Assembly (NCBI GenBank): GCA_008369845.1
Contig: MRSU01010642.1
Coordinates: forward strand, 1-33,559
DNA length: 33,559 bases
Source: Trichomonas gallinae
Taxonomy: Eukaryota
Reading direction: 5' to 3'
Positions 10,916 to 22,000 of this stretch are shown one piece after another; within the stretch, counting starts at the first letter, position 1, and each line of letters starts with the position of its first letter. Below the pieces are notes generated by a model that ran no database searches, had not been told where the DNA came from, and saw nothing but the letters and a program-made list of their open reading frames with translations. A program made the translations under genes and the position numbers.

Positions 10916-11240
10916 AATAAAAATGTCATGTAAGATTCTTTGTAAGGTTTACATGTCAAAACTATTCAAAGCTCATATGAAGCTCTTACATCTATTACTG
11001 TATTGTTTGCTATCTATTTTTCACATTAAATTTGAATATTTTAAGTGTTTATCCAAATTTTTTAATTTTTTCGTTATTTATAGCGCCGATCACATGATAT
11101 TTAATATATCTGAATGATAAGTATTTTATAAGTAATACAAAAGTAGTCTAATTCCAAATAGTCAAAATTGATATTGAAATTATCAACAATTTAAAAAGGA
11201 ATACATTCACGATTAGTCAGCAAGTGAATGATGGGTTTTT

Positions 11241-12290
11241 ATGTCAAAAATTTTGATACCAGTCTCGATTGAGCAACTCGAGATATTGTTTATTGAGCTT
11301 ACTGGCACAGACAATGAACGTAGAATGGATGTTGAACTTACGCTAAAACAAATAATGTTTCGAGAATATCAAAATTACGTCAATTTATTATATCAATAAT
11401 TAATTAACTCGGCAAACTATGCTTTAATCTCATTAATTTTACTCTAAAACGCGCTAATATATAGAAAAGATGTAATAGAAATCGATATAAATCAGTTTTG
11501 GGAATTATTTTGGAATAATATTCCTCAATTTCAGCAGAATATGGCTAATAATGGCGCAAGCTTCAACAATGTCTCATCATACATTGCAAAACTTGCAAAT
11601 TTAAATTCTGTTTTTACAAGTAATATTATAATTCCAAATATATTAATATGTTACCAAACAATCAGTTTCACGTACTTGCATGTGAAATTGCTAACTGAAT
11701 TATATGCAAAAAATCCAGTACCAATGCTTGTTGATACGAATATTTTCAATTATTTAATATTTGATGATTTGGCGCAAAATAATCTCGAGATATGTAAATA
11801 TAGAATGAAGTTGTAATGACTGAGAATTCCAATTACATTTGAACAGCAATTTGCTCAAAATTTATTTTTATTGATTCCAAAAGTAAATCCTGAAATAATA
11901 GAGGAGTATTTAAACTTATGCATGAATATATTTTCAACTTTCCCTGGCTTTTTTTCCAACTGAAAGTTTATACTCAGATATTTCCCGAATTTTTTTCAAT
12001 GATTCAAGAATTCTTTGCTCAAAATTCCCAATATCATATCATATACAGTCATTCTACTACTGATGAGGAACCCATTTTTCTTCAAAAACAACCAAGAAAA
12101 CCTTCATGAAGTTTTAAAAACAATTTTTAGCATTCTCTGCGAAGAGTTTAACTTAGAAGAGTCAGCTGATAAAGCGGACAAAGTCATTAAAAACAATTTG
12201 TCGGATTTATATCACAATGTATCTTATATTAAGTGTCTGAACATCATTCAAGTGTATTTAGTTGAGTATAAATCATTCAAGTGTATTTAG
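11241..12290 (+). pseudogene. Importin-beta/HEAT-repeat-like pseudogene with multiple in-frame stops
   Basis: One frame from ATG 11241 (MSKILIPVSIEQLEILFIELTGTDNERRMDVELTLKQI...LISLILL*NAL) joins track ORFs 11541-11816 and 12015-12290. Stops at 11397, 11445, 11814, 11817, 11961 and 12000. Confidence 0.65.
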
Positions 12291-12292
12291 TT
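12243..12292. repeat. 21-bp direct repeat ATCATTCAAGTGTATTTAGTT x2
   Basis: Copies at 12243-12263 and 12272-12292, at the end of the pseudogene. Confidence 0.8.
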
Positions 12293-12440
12293 CGAGATGT
12301 AAAAATTACCAAAAAAAAGTACAATAATAAATAGATAATTTGTTAAATTATTGCTGATGATCCTGTGATTTGGATAATAATCGCATTACTAACCTTTTTA
12401 TTATTATTTCATAAAATATCAACAAATGTTTTTAGAAATT

Positions 12441-13817
12441 TCAATGTCCTCTGTGTTTCTTAGGATGCCAAAGTCCAAGGAGTACGTTTCTAACATCCTG
12501 GTGAATAACGTAGTTGCTGGCTGTTTTTCCTTCGTTGTCTTTAATCGATTGATCAGCTTTTCTGTCGACTAATTCTTTAACAGGCTCCGGTCTTCCAGCA
12601 ATTATGGCAAGCATGAGTGCGGTGCGTCCCTTTGAGTCCTGAGCGTTGATATCTGCGCCGTTATCGCACAAATCAGCGATTGCTGAGACGCATCCTTGAG
12701 ATGCTGCAAGATGGAGGGCAGTTTCGCCGGTTTGGGTGCGGAAGTTTGGATCTACCTTGCTGGAGCGAAGGATATTACGTAAAATATCGTGGCAAGGCGA
12801 TGTTGCTAAGTAATGAAATGCAGCAACGCCAACGTCATCGAATATCGTAAGGTTGGCACCGACTTTGATGAGATGCTTGATAGCGCTGAATGATCTCTTC
12901 CTGAGAGATTCGACAAGAAGAGTCCTTCCATGATATTCGCAATCAGCAGGAACTCGTTCAAGAGCAAAGATCAATGCATCGATATTTTCCGTGCCAGCAG
13001 CACCCATAGCGAACTCTTCGTTTGTTGCATGGTTGTTCTTAAGTGTGTAATATGCGAATCTTGTATTTGTAAAGGCAAAAGCAAGGCTAACTTCCGGAAT
13101 TTCGCCATCAACGTTCTTTAAGAGGAATTGGACGGCCTCTGGGCGGTGAGATTTGACAGCTTCTGCTATGTCTTGAGAGAGATCTTGTTTGTTATCTAGC
13201 AATATTTGAAGAATTTCGATATTTCCACCACGTGCAGCATTTCTGCATGTCTTGTTGTTGATATTCATGCCACTAGAAAGCAAAAATTTGAATATTTCAA
13301 GGTCACCGCAATAAGCAGCAAGATCTAAGTATGTTATTTCCTCATAATTCTCTGGATCATATGACATATCTGCTACAGATACCTTATTCTTCAAATCTAC
13401 GTCGCCTTGCGCGACCATTTCCTTTACACGAGAGAAATTACCTTGTGAGATGGCAACAGCAAACTTATCATGTGGAAATACGATTTCAAATTCTTTTTTG
13501 GTCCATGTGGGCATGAGGAGTGAGCCGTGGACAGCTTTTGCTGCTGTTAAATAATGATTAAATCCTTTATAAGACAAAAGAAGCCTTCCATAGCTTAAAT
13601 CGTTAAACAGGTTCAAGTACAAGCTCCATTTGAAGCGTCTCGTGAGACAAGCTATGCCAAAGCACTGAAAAATGTAGGATTTTCTACGATCCATATACTT
13701 AGAGAGCTTGTTGAGAGCGTCATTGTAGTTTTCTTCGTTCAGATTGAACAGAGCATCCTCGATCATGATAGATGTTTTAAGAGGAGATGGATAGGCGTCC
13801 AAATCCGTCTCATACAT
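12441..13817 (-). CDS. Ankyrin repeat protein (trichomonad-expanded, DUF3447-like type)
   Basis: Ankyrin repeats GETALHLAASQG..DLCDNGADINAQDSKGRTALMLA, plus YLDLAAYCGDLEIFKFLL and AARGGNIEIL typical of the trichomonad family. Confidence 0.93.
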   Translation of the reverse strand: MYETDLDAYPSPLKTSIMIEDALFNLNEENYNDALNKLSKYMDRRKSYIFQCFGIACLTRRFKWSLYLNLFNDLSYGRLLLSYKGFNHYLTAAKAVHGSLLMPTWTKKEFEIVFPHDKFAVAISQGNFSRVKEMVAQGDVDLKNKVSVADMSYDPENYEEITYLDLAAYCGDLEIFKFLLSSGMNINNKTCRNAARGGNIEILQILLDNKQDLSQDIAEAVKSHRPEAVQFLLKNVDGEIPEVSLAFAFTNTRFAYYTLKNNHATNEEFAMGAAGTENIDALIFALERVPADCEYHGRTLLVESLRKRSFSAIKHLIKVGANLTIFDDVGVAAFHYLATSPCHDILRNILRSSKVDPNFRTQTGETALHLAASQGCVSAIADLCDNGADINAQDSKGRTALMLAIIAGRPEPVKELVDRKADQSIKDNEGKTASNYVIHQDVRNVLLGLWHPKKHRGH

Positions 13818-14412
13818 TTTTATTTAAAAAAACTGTTCTTACATTTTTTCTTTTTTGTAAAATCATTAAAGGCTATAGATATCATGCATATCCACAAAAA
13901 AGTTATAAAAAGTGACAAATGAAGTGTAATTTTTCATATTTCGAACATTTATTGTAAACTCATTATAAAATATTAAAATTTTGACGAGTATTGAATTTGA
14001 ATACTATCAAAATTTCAATGGAATCCACGTGTAAGGATAAATTTTACATGTCAGATTTTTAAGGTGTTATGAAAAATATTTTCGAAATTTTTCATTAAAA
14101 CAGTTATATAGTATAACGCATCAATTTTCTTGACAAATTTATTGTTTACATTGTCGGATTTAGAAAATGATTTAGTGTTCATTTAAATTATAAACTAGAG
14201 TTCATTACACAATCAATTTTATTCCCTTCTCAAAACTAGTTATAAAATTTTACATGGCATTGACAAATTTATTTTTATTCTATTGTCTTTGATTTAATCG
14301 GTTTTTTACTCACATTAACACTAATAACTCACAAACGGCCAGTTTTATCATTATTCTGAAGCCCATGATATAAACTATTTTATTACATTTTATTTCGCTC
14401 TCAATTTAGCTT

Positions 14413-14612
14413 TAAAATTTTACATGACATATTTCTTTTATTTTGTCAATATAGATATTTCACGAAAACGCTAATGAAAATAGACATAAATAATAGTATA
14501 GATTTCAAAATTGTTATAAAATTATACATGACAAATTTCTTTTTATTTGTCAAATTGAATATTTCTTGAAAACGTTAATGAAAACACTGCCGAATGCTAG
14601 TATAGATTTAAC
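14413..14612. repeat. Degenerate tandem duplication, about 104-bp unit x2
   Basis: Units start TAAAATT(T/A)TACATGACA at 14413 and 14517 and share TTTGTCAA, GAAAACG(C/T)TAATGAAAA and TAGTATAGATTT. Confidence 0.8.
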
Positions 14613-14657
14613 ATTCAACTTAAAATTGCCTTAATCAAATGATCGTTGGCATTTCGA

Positions 14658-14682
14658 TTTTTTTTTTTTTTTTTTTTTTTTT
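14658..14682. repeat. T25 homopolymer (A25 on minus strand)
   Basis: 25 consecutive T, the longest homopolymer seen in the window. Confidence 0.95.
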
Positions 14683-15179
14683 AGGTTTTGATCTTGACTA
14701 TATTATACACTAAAGTCTACTTTGTGTGTGCTTTTATTGGGTGTGTCAAACAAAAGTCCAATTCATATTTTGTAAATTTCATTTTCTTTTCTTTCTGTGA
14801 AGACGTCTATGATATCAATGTATATTGAACACATGTAGATATTAATAATGTAAAGCTTTTTGTCCAGTTACCCCAATTTTATTCTTCTGAATTAATTAAA
14901 AAAATTTGTTCAGATGAATATAAGAGCATAATATATGATACATTGTATTATATTCGAGTCCCTAATATTTAATTTGTTGGATTTTGCATTTTATCATTTG
15001 TAGAATGATTCGAAATTGAGCTCAAAACAAAAAAAAATGGTGGTAAATTTAAATTTTATGTGTCAAATATATTTTTACGTGTCATTTTTTATTTTTTCGA
15101 ATTGTTAGAAACAGAAGAAAAGGAAAAGAAAACGAAACCTGTAAATGATGAAGGTTTCTATGGAAAGATAACACAAGAA

Positions 15180-15584
15180 ATGCTTGTTACTGAAATTGAA
15201 TCAGCAAGGAAAACACTAAGAAGTTATTTCGTAAAAAATCCAAATGCTCAAAAAACATTGATAATGTCGCTTGAAGAAATCAGAAATACATTCATGCAAT
15301 CACCAAATTCTTCAGTGAACAAACCTAAGGCCTCAGATCGTGCTATGAACAAAGAGGACGAAAAATTATTCGAAACAATCAAAGAATTAACAGGAATCAA
15401 TCCAAAACATATTACAGAACTTCGTGACCTTGCAATGAAACTAGCAGAATATATGAAAATACCTTTTCCAAAAGAAATGCAAAAAAAGCGTCGTATTTTA
15501 GATTGGTTCCATGATAATATCGAGGAAATCAAAGAATTAGATCTAAGTTTTTTATATGAGCCAACTATCATTGGTCATTTTTAG
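15180..15584 (+). CDS. Hypothetical protein with a trichomonad-type C-terminal helical domain
   Basis: Open frame with first ATG at 15180 (track start 15060 is a GTG). C-terminus LRDLAMKLAEYMKIPFPKEMQKKRRILDWFHDN resembles a recurrent T. vaginalis hypothetical-protein motif (recall). Confidence 0.65.
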   Translation: MLVTEIESARKTLRSYFVKNPNAQKTLIMSLEEIRNTFMQSPNSSVNKPKASDRAMNKEDEKLFETIKELTGINPKHITELRDLAMKLAEYMKIPFPKEMQKKRRILDWFHDNIEEIKELDLSFLYEPTIIGHF

Positions 15585-16044
15585 AAATCATCAAAATTTG
15601 TTATAATATCAAAAAAATACTATTTAAATTTGCGGATGATCGACTACAAGATCGTATTACATGCAGCTTTAGTCTCCATAATAGTAATAATTTTTTTACA
15701 TTTAAATGTAGATTAATCAACTTGTTCTATTGTTACAGCTTACTTTATCATTTGTATTAGAGATATATTGTAAATATTTATGTTTAAATACAAAAATATA
15801 TTTTTGTATAAAAATTAATAATCGATTTCAGAGGATTTTAAATTGATAACTATATTCTCCGATTGCTAATTATATGGATATTGAAGTGTTGAGTTGATTT
15901 ACGGTGATATTTTAAAAATCAAGGGGCTGATAAAATTATTGGGGGAAAAATTATCAAACAAAAATTAATCGAGAAATATGCTGTTAAAATGCATATTAAA
16001 GTTGAATTTAGGTTTTTGGAATTTTATAAACGTGCAAAATTTTG

Positions 16045-16593
16045 ATGGGTTGTGCAAACTCATCTTCTGTCGTTGGATCAAGTCTGAATCAGGATCCTGT
16101 CTGTATTACAATGCTCGGACTCTCAGGTGTCGGAAAAACGTCTCTAATCGAATACGCTGCTGGAGTTTACAATCCCGAAGATCCACCAATTCATACTAAC
16201 GGAATTGTGCTTACTGATATCATAATAGGTCAGATCAAATATCGCTTTTTTGACGTCAGTGGCTTTCCATCTCATCAGAGTGAATGGCACAAGTGTATTG
16301 CGGAAAGTGATTGTGTTATCTATGTCGTTGACCCCACTGGTATCGATGCAGGACTGGCATTCACGCAAGACACGATAAACAGAACAAGAGACAACATTGT
16401 TTCAAGAAAACTGCCTGTGTACATTTTATTAAATAAAGCACCACCTGAAATAAATGTTGACAATATATTCAATGTAATGGAGAAATATTTCTATAATGTT
16501 CCCCATCAATTCGGCAAAATTCACAAATTAAATCCGGATTTAATGAAGATATTCGAATGGATACAAACAGTTGTTCAAAAGAAAATAATCTAA
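16045..16593 (+). CDS. ARF/ARL-like small GTPase, atypical
   Basis: MGCANS N-terminus, G1 GLSGVGKTS, G2 HTNG, G3 DVSG, W in switch II, CVIYVVD, G4 LLNKAP. ATG at 16045. Confidence 0.88.
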   Translation: MGCANSSSVVGSSLNQDPVCITMLGLSGVGKTSLIEYAAGVYNPEDPPIHTNGIVLTDIIIGQIKYRFFDVSGFPSHQSEWHKCIAESDCVIYVVDPTGIDAGLAFTQDTINRTRDNIVSRKLPVYILLNKAPPEINVDNIFNVMEKYFYNVPHQFGKIHKLNPDLMKIFEWIQTVVQKKII

Positions 16594-16874
16594 TCAATAT
16601 CCACATCTTCTTTCATTGTTTCGACAAGTTTTCATTGTTATTTTTTATTCGTGATAATTAACAAAAAAGCGCAAAATGAAATAATTTTAAGAAGATTTTA
16701 TGAATGTTGTCATAATTTTGGAATTGAAATTTTGAATATTAACAAAATTATATATTATTTGCGTTGCAAAGCTGTGTTTATGGCTCTGTTATGCATGAAA
16801 TAGATATATTTTATACTATTGTTTGAAATAAATATCAATATTAAATAAAATTAAACAAAATTTATAAATATAGC

Positions 16875-18428
16875 TTAATGTCCTAATTTCTTGTACATAT
16901 CGATCATCTTCTTATTCTCAAGAGTCTTCAATTCGACGAGCTTCCTTCTTTGCTTGAGGGATTCTCTTTCTTGCTGAATGTATTCTTCTTGCATCGTCAA
17001 TTCAGCCTCCCTCTTATCCAACTGCAGCTTCCTTGTTGTCTCCTTCTGTCTGAGAGCATCAGCTGCTTCTAGTTCTCCCTTGAACTTCGCCTCTTTGTTC
17101 ATCAATGTCATGGAATCCAAACCTGGAACATTTAATATTGCCTTGAGATTCTCTTTTCTTCTCTCGTTCGCTGCCTTTATCTCTTCTATCTTCTTCTTGT
17201 TCTCGTCGACCCTCTGCACCATGCCTCCAAGATCGCCTTGTCTTAACTGCTCTCTGAGGATTCTGGCGCGGTTGTCGACTTCGTTTTCCAATTCTTGCCT
17301 TTCCATAATATATTGTTGGTGTTCTAACTCGAGCTGTGCCCTTCTTGCTGCGGCTGCACGCTCAAGAAGAGTGTAGCGCCTGTCGAGTGTTGCTATGATG
17401 CTTTCGTATGACTCACGCTGCTTTTCGTCTTTCGCGTGTTTGAGTTTTTCTGATTCGTGCTCTTGATAGCGATTTGCGATCTTTTGGGATAATTCTGTAC
17501 GCATGTGTGCAATTTCTGCTTCAGTTGTTGCGATTTTGAGCCTCGTTTCGAGTTTTCCGGCTGAATATTCTAAATCCATTGCTTCTGACTGAACGTCTTG
17601 CAATGGGAGGTTGTCAGCTTCAATTTTAGCTCTTATAGCTTGACGTTGTGTATCGCGTGTCTTGTATGATTTAAACAATGTCTTGCTTTCTTCATCATAT
17701 TTATTATATTGTTCTTCGAGCTCTTTGATGTCTTCATCTGCTTCATGGGCATCAGCACGACGCTTTTCAAGGTCATTTTGAAGTTTTGTCAGTAAATTCT
17801 TCTTGTATTCGATGACTTCCATAATTCTGTTGTTTCTGATTTTAATTTGGTCATTTTCACCTCTTGTCATGCTGATTTTACGGTCAAATGTTGATAAATC
17901 TTCAAGTGCCGCTTGTTTTTTAGATAATTCAATTGATTCTTTCTGTAATTGATTTAATTTTTCGAATAACTGAGATTTCTGATTTCTTACTTTCGAGTGC
18001 TCATTCTCTACAAACTTAATTTGTTCTGTAGAGAGCTCTATTAATCCTTTTGCTTCCGTTATTTGATCCTGAAGCTCTTTAAGAGTCTGTTTGAGCGTTG
18101 CACTTCTTTCTATCTCGAAGTCAACGCTAAGGATATGTGTGCTCATCTGAATTTGGTTTTGTTGTTGAATTTCTTTAGCTTCTTGAATTTCCTGGATAGT
18201 TTGATTAACTGTCTGCAATTTATACTGCATTTCAGCAATCTGATCATCAACAAATGATATTTCTTCGGAAATATCTCCAATTTGTGATTCCAGATTATCA
18301 TTTCGCTTTCTTTCTCTATTGAGGAAGATATTTCTTTTTTCACTGGCTGGAGGAGGAGATTCTACTACCGATTCTACCGCCTGATCAGGCGTATCTTGTT
18401 CAGTTTTACTTAAATTTGATTCGCTCAT
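16875..18428 (-). CDS. Long coiled-coil hypothetical protein (517 aa)
   Basis: E/K/Q/L-rich heptad-like sequence throughout a long ORF. Confidence 0.88.
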   Translation of the reverse strand: MSESNLSKTEQDTPDQAVESVVESPPPASEKRNIFLNRERKRNDNLESQIGDISEEISFVDDQIAEMQYKLQTVNQTIQEIQEAKEIQQQNQIQMSTHILSVDFEIERSATLKQTLKELQDQITEAKGLIELSTEQIKFVENEHSKVRNQKSQLFEKLNQLQKESIELSKKQAALEDLSTFDRKISMTRGENDQIKIRNNRIMEVIEYKKNLLTKLQNDLEKRRADAHEADEDIKELEEQYNKYDEESKTLFKSYKTRDTQRQAIRAKIEADNLPLQDVQSEAMDLEYSAGKLETRLKIATTEAEIAHMRTELSQKIANRYQEHESEKLKHAKDEKQRESYESIIATLDRRYTLLERAAAARRAQLELEHQQYIMERQELENEVDNRARILREQLRQGDLGGMVQRVDENKKKIEEIKAANERRKENLKAILNVPGLDSMTLMNKEAKFKGELEAADALRQKETTRKLQLDKREAELTMQEEYIQQERESLKQRRKLVELKTLENKKMIDMYKKLGH

Positions 18429-18511
18429 TAATAAAAAATATTAAAAACGCTTCTTGTAATTACGATTATTTCCCCCTCAAATATTGATGTTTACGTGTCA
18501 AATGTATATGA

Positions 18512-18765
18512 AATATGACAAGTAAATTATTGAAATTTTTAAATTATTGTCATGTAATATATATGTAAAGTTTAATTTGTCATATATGTAAATTGAGGAA
18601 TTAAAACTCATGTCATGTAAAACATTGAAATTTTTAGATTATTGCCAGGTAAAATTTATGTAAAGTTCGTTTTGTCAAAAATGTAATTGTAAATCTTAAA
18701 ATATGTCATGTAAACTAATTCAAATTTTATTAAAATGTCATGTAATTATTTGTAAACTTTAAATT
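18512..18765. repeat. Degenerate tandem repeat, about 95-bp unit x about 3, in a divergent intergenic region
   Basis: Units start near 18512, 18608 and 18701: ATG(A/T)CA(A/T)GTAAA..TT(G/C)AAATTTT..TG(T/C)CA(T/G)GTAA..TGTAAA(G/C)TT. Confidence 0.7.
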
Positions 18766-19079
18766 AGAAATGTTATTTCTTTTATTATTAGCTGCAGTAG
18801 AAGCCATATAACAATTTTTACTTATTAAAATTTGTTTTGCGGCTATATATATCCAAAAATATCAACATTTCTCAAAAAATTTACCAAAGGATAAAAATGT
18901 AGAAGTATGAGTCAATCACAATGTGTGCATCAATATTTTAATGTGAATTGAGTTTAGAAAAGATAATCGAATATTCCAAACTTTAATATTGTTTTTTGAC
19001 TTGATTTATAGAGACAATATGGTATAGACTTGTTTTAGATGACAAATTAAGAACATATGTTTCAATCTCTAACAAGTCG

Positions 19080-22000
19080 ATGAATGTGTTCATATCCCCG
19101 AAATTGCCGGATGATGAACGCAAGTTTGTTATCTCAGAGATTCAAAAGTGTTATGAATCTGTATCAGTTTCATCAACAGAAACAAGGGATATACGCTTAA
19201 GAATTGTTGATATATCCGAGTTCGAAAATTATTTATCGACAACACCCCCACCAATATGTTCCACTGCAATATACAATGCAGCAGAGCAGCGAATTGATAT
19301 AAAAGATGTTACAGTTCCTGAATGTGGAATAATTAATTTTCATTTGCATCGAAAACATATTGCTTTTTCAGGCTTAAACTACATATTACTGGAAAACTGC
19401 AAAAAATTAATTCGACAAATGGGTGGATTTTTTGATAAAATATTTACTCAAAAAACAAACTACTTAATTTCACATACAATGCAAACAGAAAGAGCCATAT
19501 TAGCCAAAAACCATCATATTCAGTGTATTTCGCCTGATTGGCTCGATGCATTAATAAATTCAAAAAATTTCATTCCGCCTGATGATTTCATACTCAAGCC
19601 TTTGGCAGGCTTAGTATTCACGTTTACAGGTGTTTCTGAAGAGCAGGCACATTTCGAACACGTCATACAAGAACAAGGAGGAAAAATTTCGAATGGATTG
19701 ACAACACAAACGAATGCGATTATTACTAATGAACTTCCCACATCATCAATAGCAAGGGTAGGAGTGAGACGTAATATTCTCTTTTTTTCACCAGATTCAA
19801 TTCGAAATATCGAAAAAGGAGAAATTCCGAAGCCAATAGCACCACCTTATGTTCCATCTAACATTTTCAAAGGTATGAAGTTCACTGTAAGATACCATAA
19901 TCCTAGGAAAACAATCGAAATTCAACAAATTATTCGCGGAAACGGCGGAACGACAGGCGATGACATAATAATCACAGACATGAATGATAGCTCTCCAAAT
20001 TGCAGATCCATTGCATGGCTAAACAGATGCGTACAGACAGGTTCTATTCTCGATGTCGGCGAATTCGCACTTTTTTCGCCACCAAGAGAGCTGAGAGAGA
20101 TTCCAAACATGACAATAGCTGTAACTGGCTTCAAAGATGGCGCACAATTGTTGAATATAATTGAAGGAATACAAATGATTGGAGCAAATTATTCAAAAAA
20201 ACTTACTAAAAAGGTTTCTTTATTAATAGCGAACAAAAAAGAAGGCTCGAAGTTTGAATATGCGCAAAAATGGGGAATTAGAGTAGTAACAGCTGCTGCT
20301 TTAGAAGCTTTAGCTAATGATGGCCCTGATGCTGATTTAGATCGTTATACATTGTCATCGACATCAAATAATACAACACCGCAGAAAATCATTCAAGATT
20401 ATGTTAGAAAGCCAATTAATGATGTAGATGAAAATCTCTACATTGAGTTCAATAAGCCACTTAAACTTGTTCCACAAGAGATCACAAATTCTTGTTTCTT
20501 GAGTGATGATGATGACGGAAATCTCAAAAATGAACCAAAGAAACTAAATAAAAAAGAAACAACGAATTATTTAAGCGATGAAGATGATGATGTGACATTC
20601 ATCAGTCAGACAAGAAATAATGTACCAAAAATCACTCCCACACCTACTATTTCGCCAAAGCCAAGCAGCCAAACTAAACAAAATCAAATTAACCAATCAC
20701 AGAAGACAAATTGTCATAACCATGAATCTCAATCAAATCAATTTTCCATCAATTCAGATTTGAAGCAAAAAGATTCTCAATATTCGAACAAAAATGAGTT
20801 GAGGTCTTCTCAAAAAAGAGATTATCATAGCAACGATTCTCAGTCTAATCATAATTCAAATAAAAATGAACAAAATCGATTTCTCAGTAATGATTCGCAG
20901 TACTCTAATAGTAATCAGTCAAAACAAAAAGATTTTCAAAGCAAAAATGATTATCTTAGTAACAACTCGAATTCAAAACAATATCTTAGCAATGAATCAC
21001 AAAAACAGTCGCAGAAAAAGAATTCGCAAATATGTAGTAAAACAGAAGAAAAACAGTTCTCAAATGACGAAAATGATTCGAAAATATCATATAAGAAAAG
21101 TTTTCTAAGTGATGACGATGATTTAACAAATAAAACTGACCAAAATCAGCTCCTTAGTAATAAAAATGATTTTAAGCATTCAGATAAGAAAAGTTTTCTT
21201 AGTGATGATGATGATCTTACAATTAAAACTGAACAAAATCAGCTCCTTAGTAATAAAAATGATTCTAAGCAATCAGATAAGAAAAGTTTTCTTAGTGATG
21301 ACGATGATTCATCGAGTAAAACTGATCAAAGGCAGTTCCTCAGTAGCGAAAGCAATCAATCAAAACAGCCTCATGAAAACGAATCGCAAATAACCAACAC
21401 ATCTGAACAAAAGCAGTTCCTTAGTAGCGAAACTCCGTATAATCAATCGAAGCAATCACAGCATAGCAACTTTCTCAGCAACGATTCGAGTGTTAACCAA
21501 TCTAATGAAATTAACACGCCTAAAATTACTAATGAAACACAGAAGAAAGTTAACTTTTTGTCTAGTGACACATCATCGCCTTATGGAACTCAAAACACTG
21601 CTCAGCAAGCAAATTCGAATATTGCAGAGCAAAATTTCAACTTTTTGTCATCAGATGATGAAATAATTGATCCAGAAGTCCAGAAAGTAATTTCCCAGGC
21701 GTCACAAAGCAGCTTGGAAGAAGAAAAGAAAAGGAAGGAAGAAAAACAGAGAATCGAAGAAATCGAGAGAAAGCTTCGCGAAGAAATGGAGCAGAAAATC
21801 AAGGAAGAAGTCGAAAAGAAGAAGGAAGAAGAGCTCAGACAGATGCGTGAAGAGGCAGAAAGAAAGAGGCGAGAAGAAGAAGAAAAGAAGCAAAAAGAAG
21901 AACTGGAGAGAATCAAGAAATTAGAGGAAGAAAAGATGAAAGAAGAAAACGCCAGACTCGAAGCTGAAAATCAGATGAAATCTATCACAATGAACATCAA

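Noticed and set aside
10923..11117. 64-aa ORF as a frameshifted RING continuation of the Cwc24-like gene
   Set aside because: No RING Cys/His spacing in the frames I read; AT-rich and contains the intergenic motif.
11241..12290. Alternative genetic code or stop reassignment
   Set aside because: Intact neighbouring genes terminate at TAA, TGA and TAG and contain no internal stops.
15060..15179. GTG-initiated N-terminal extension of the 174-aa ORF
   Set aside because: Non-ATG start in a eukaryote, and it contains the intergenic motif and an Inr-like TCATTTT. ATG 15180 is preferred, although part of the extension looks coding-like.
18490..18765. CRISPR-like array
   Set aside because: Repeats are degenerate, spacers are homologous, no cas genes are present and the context is eukaryotic.
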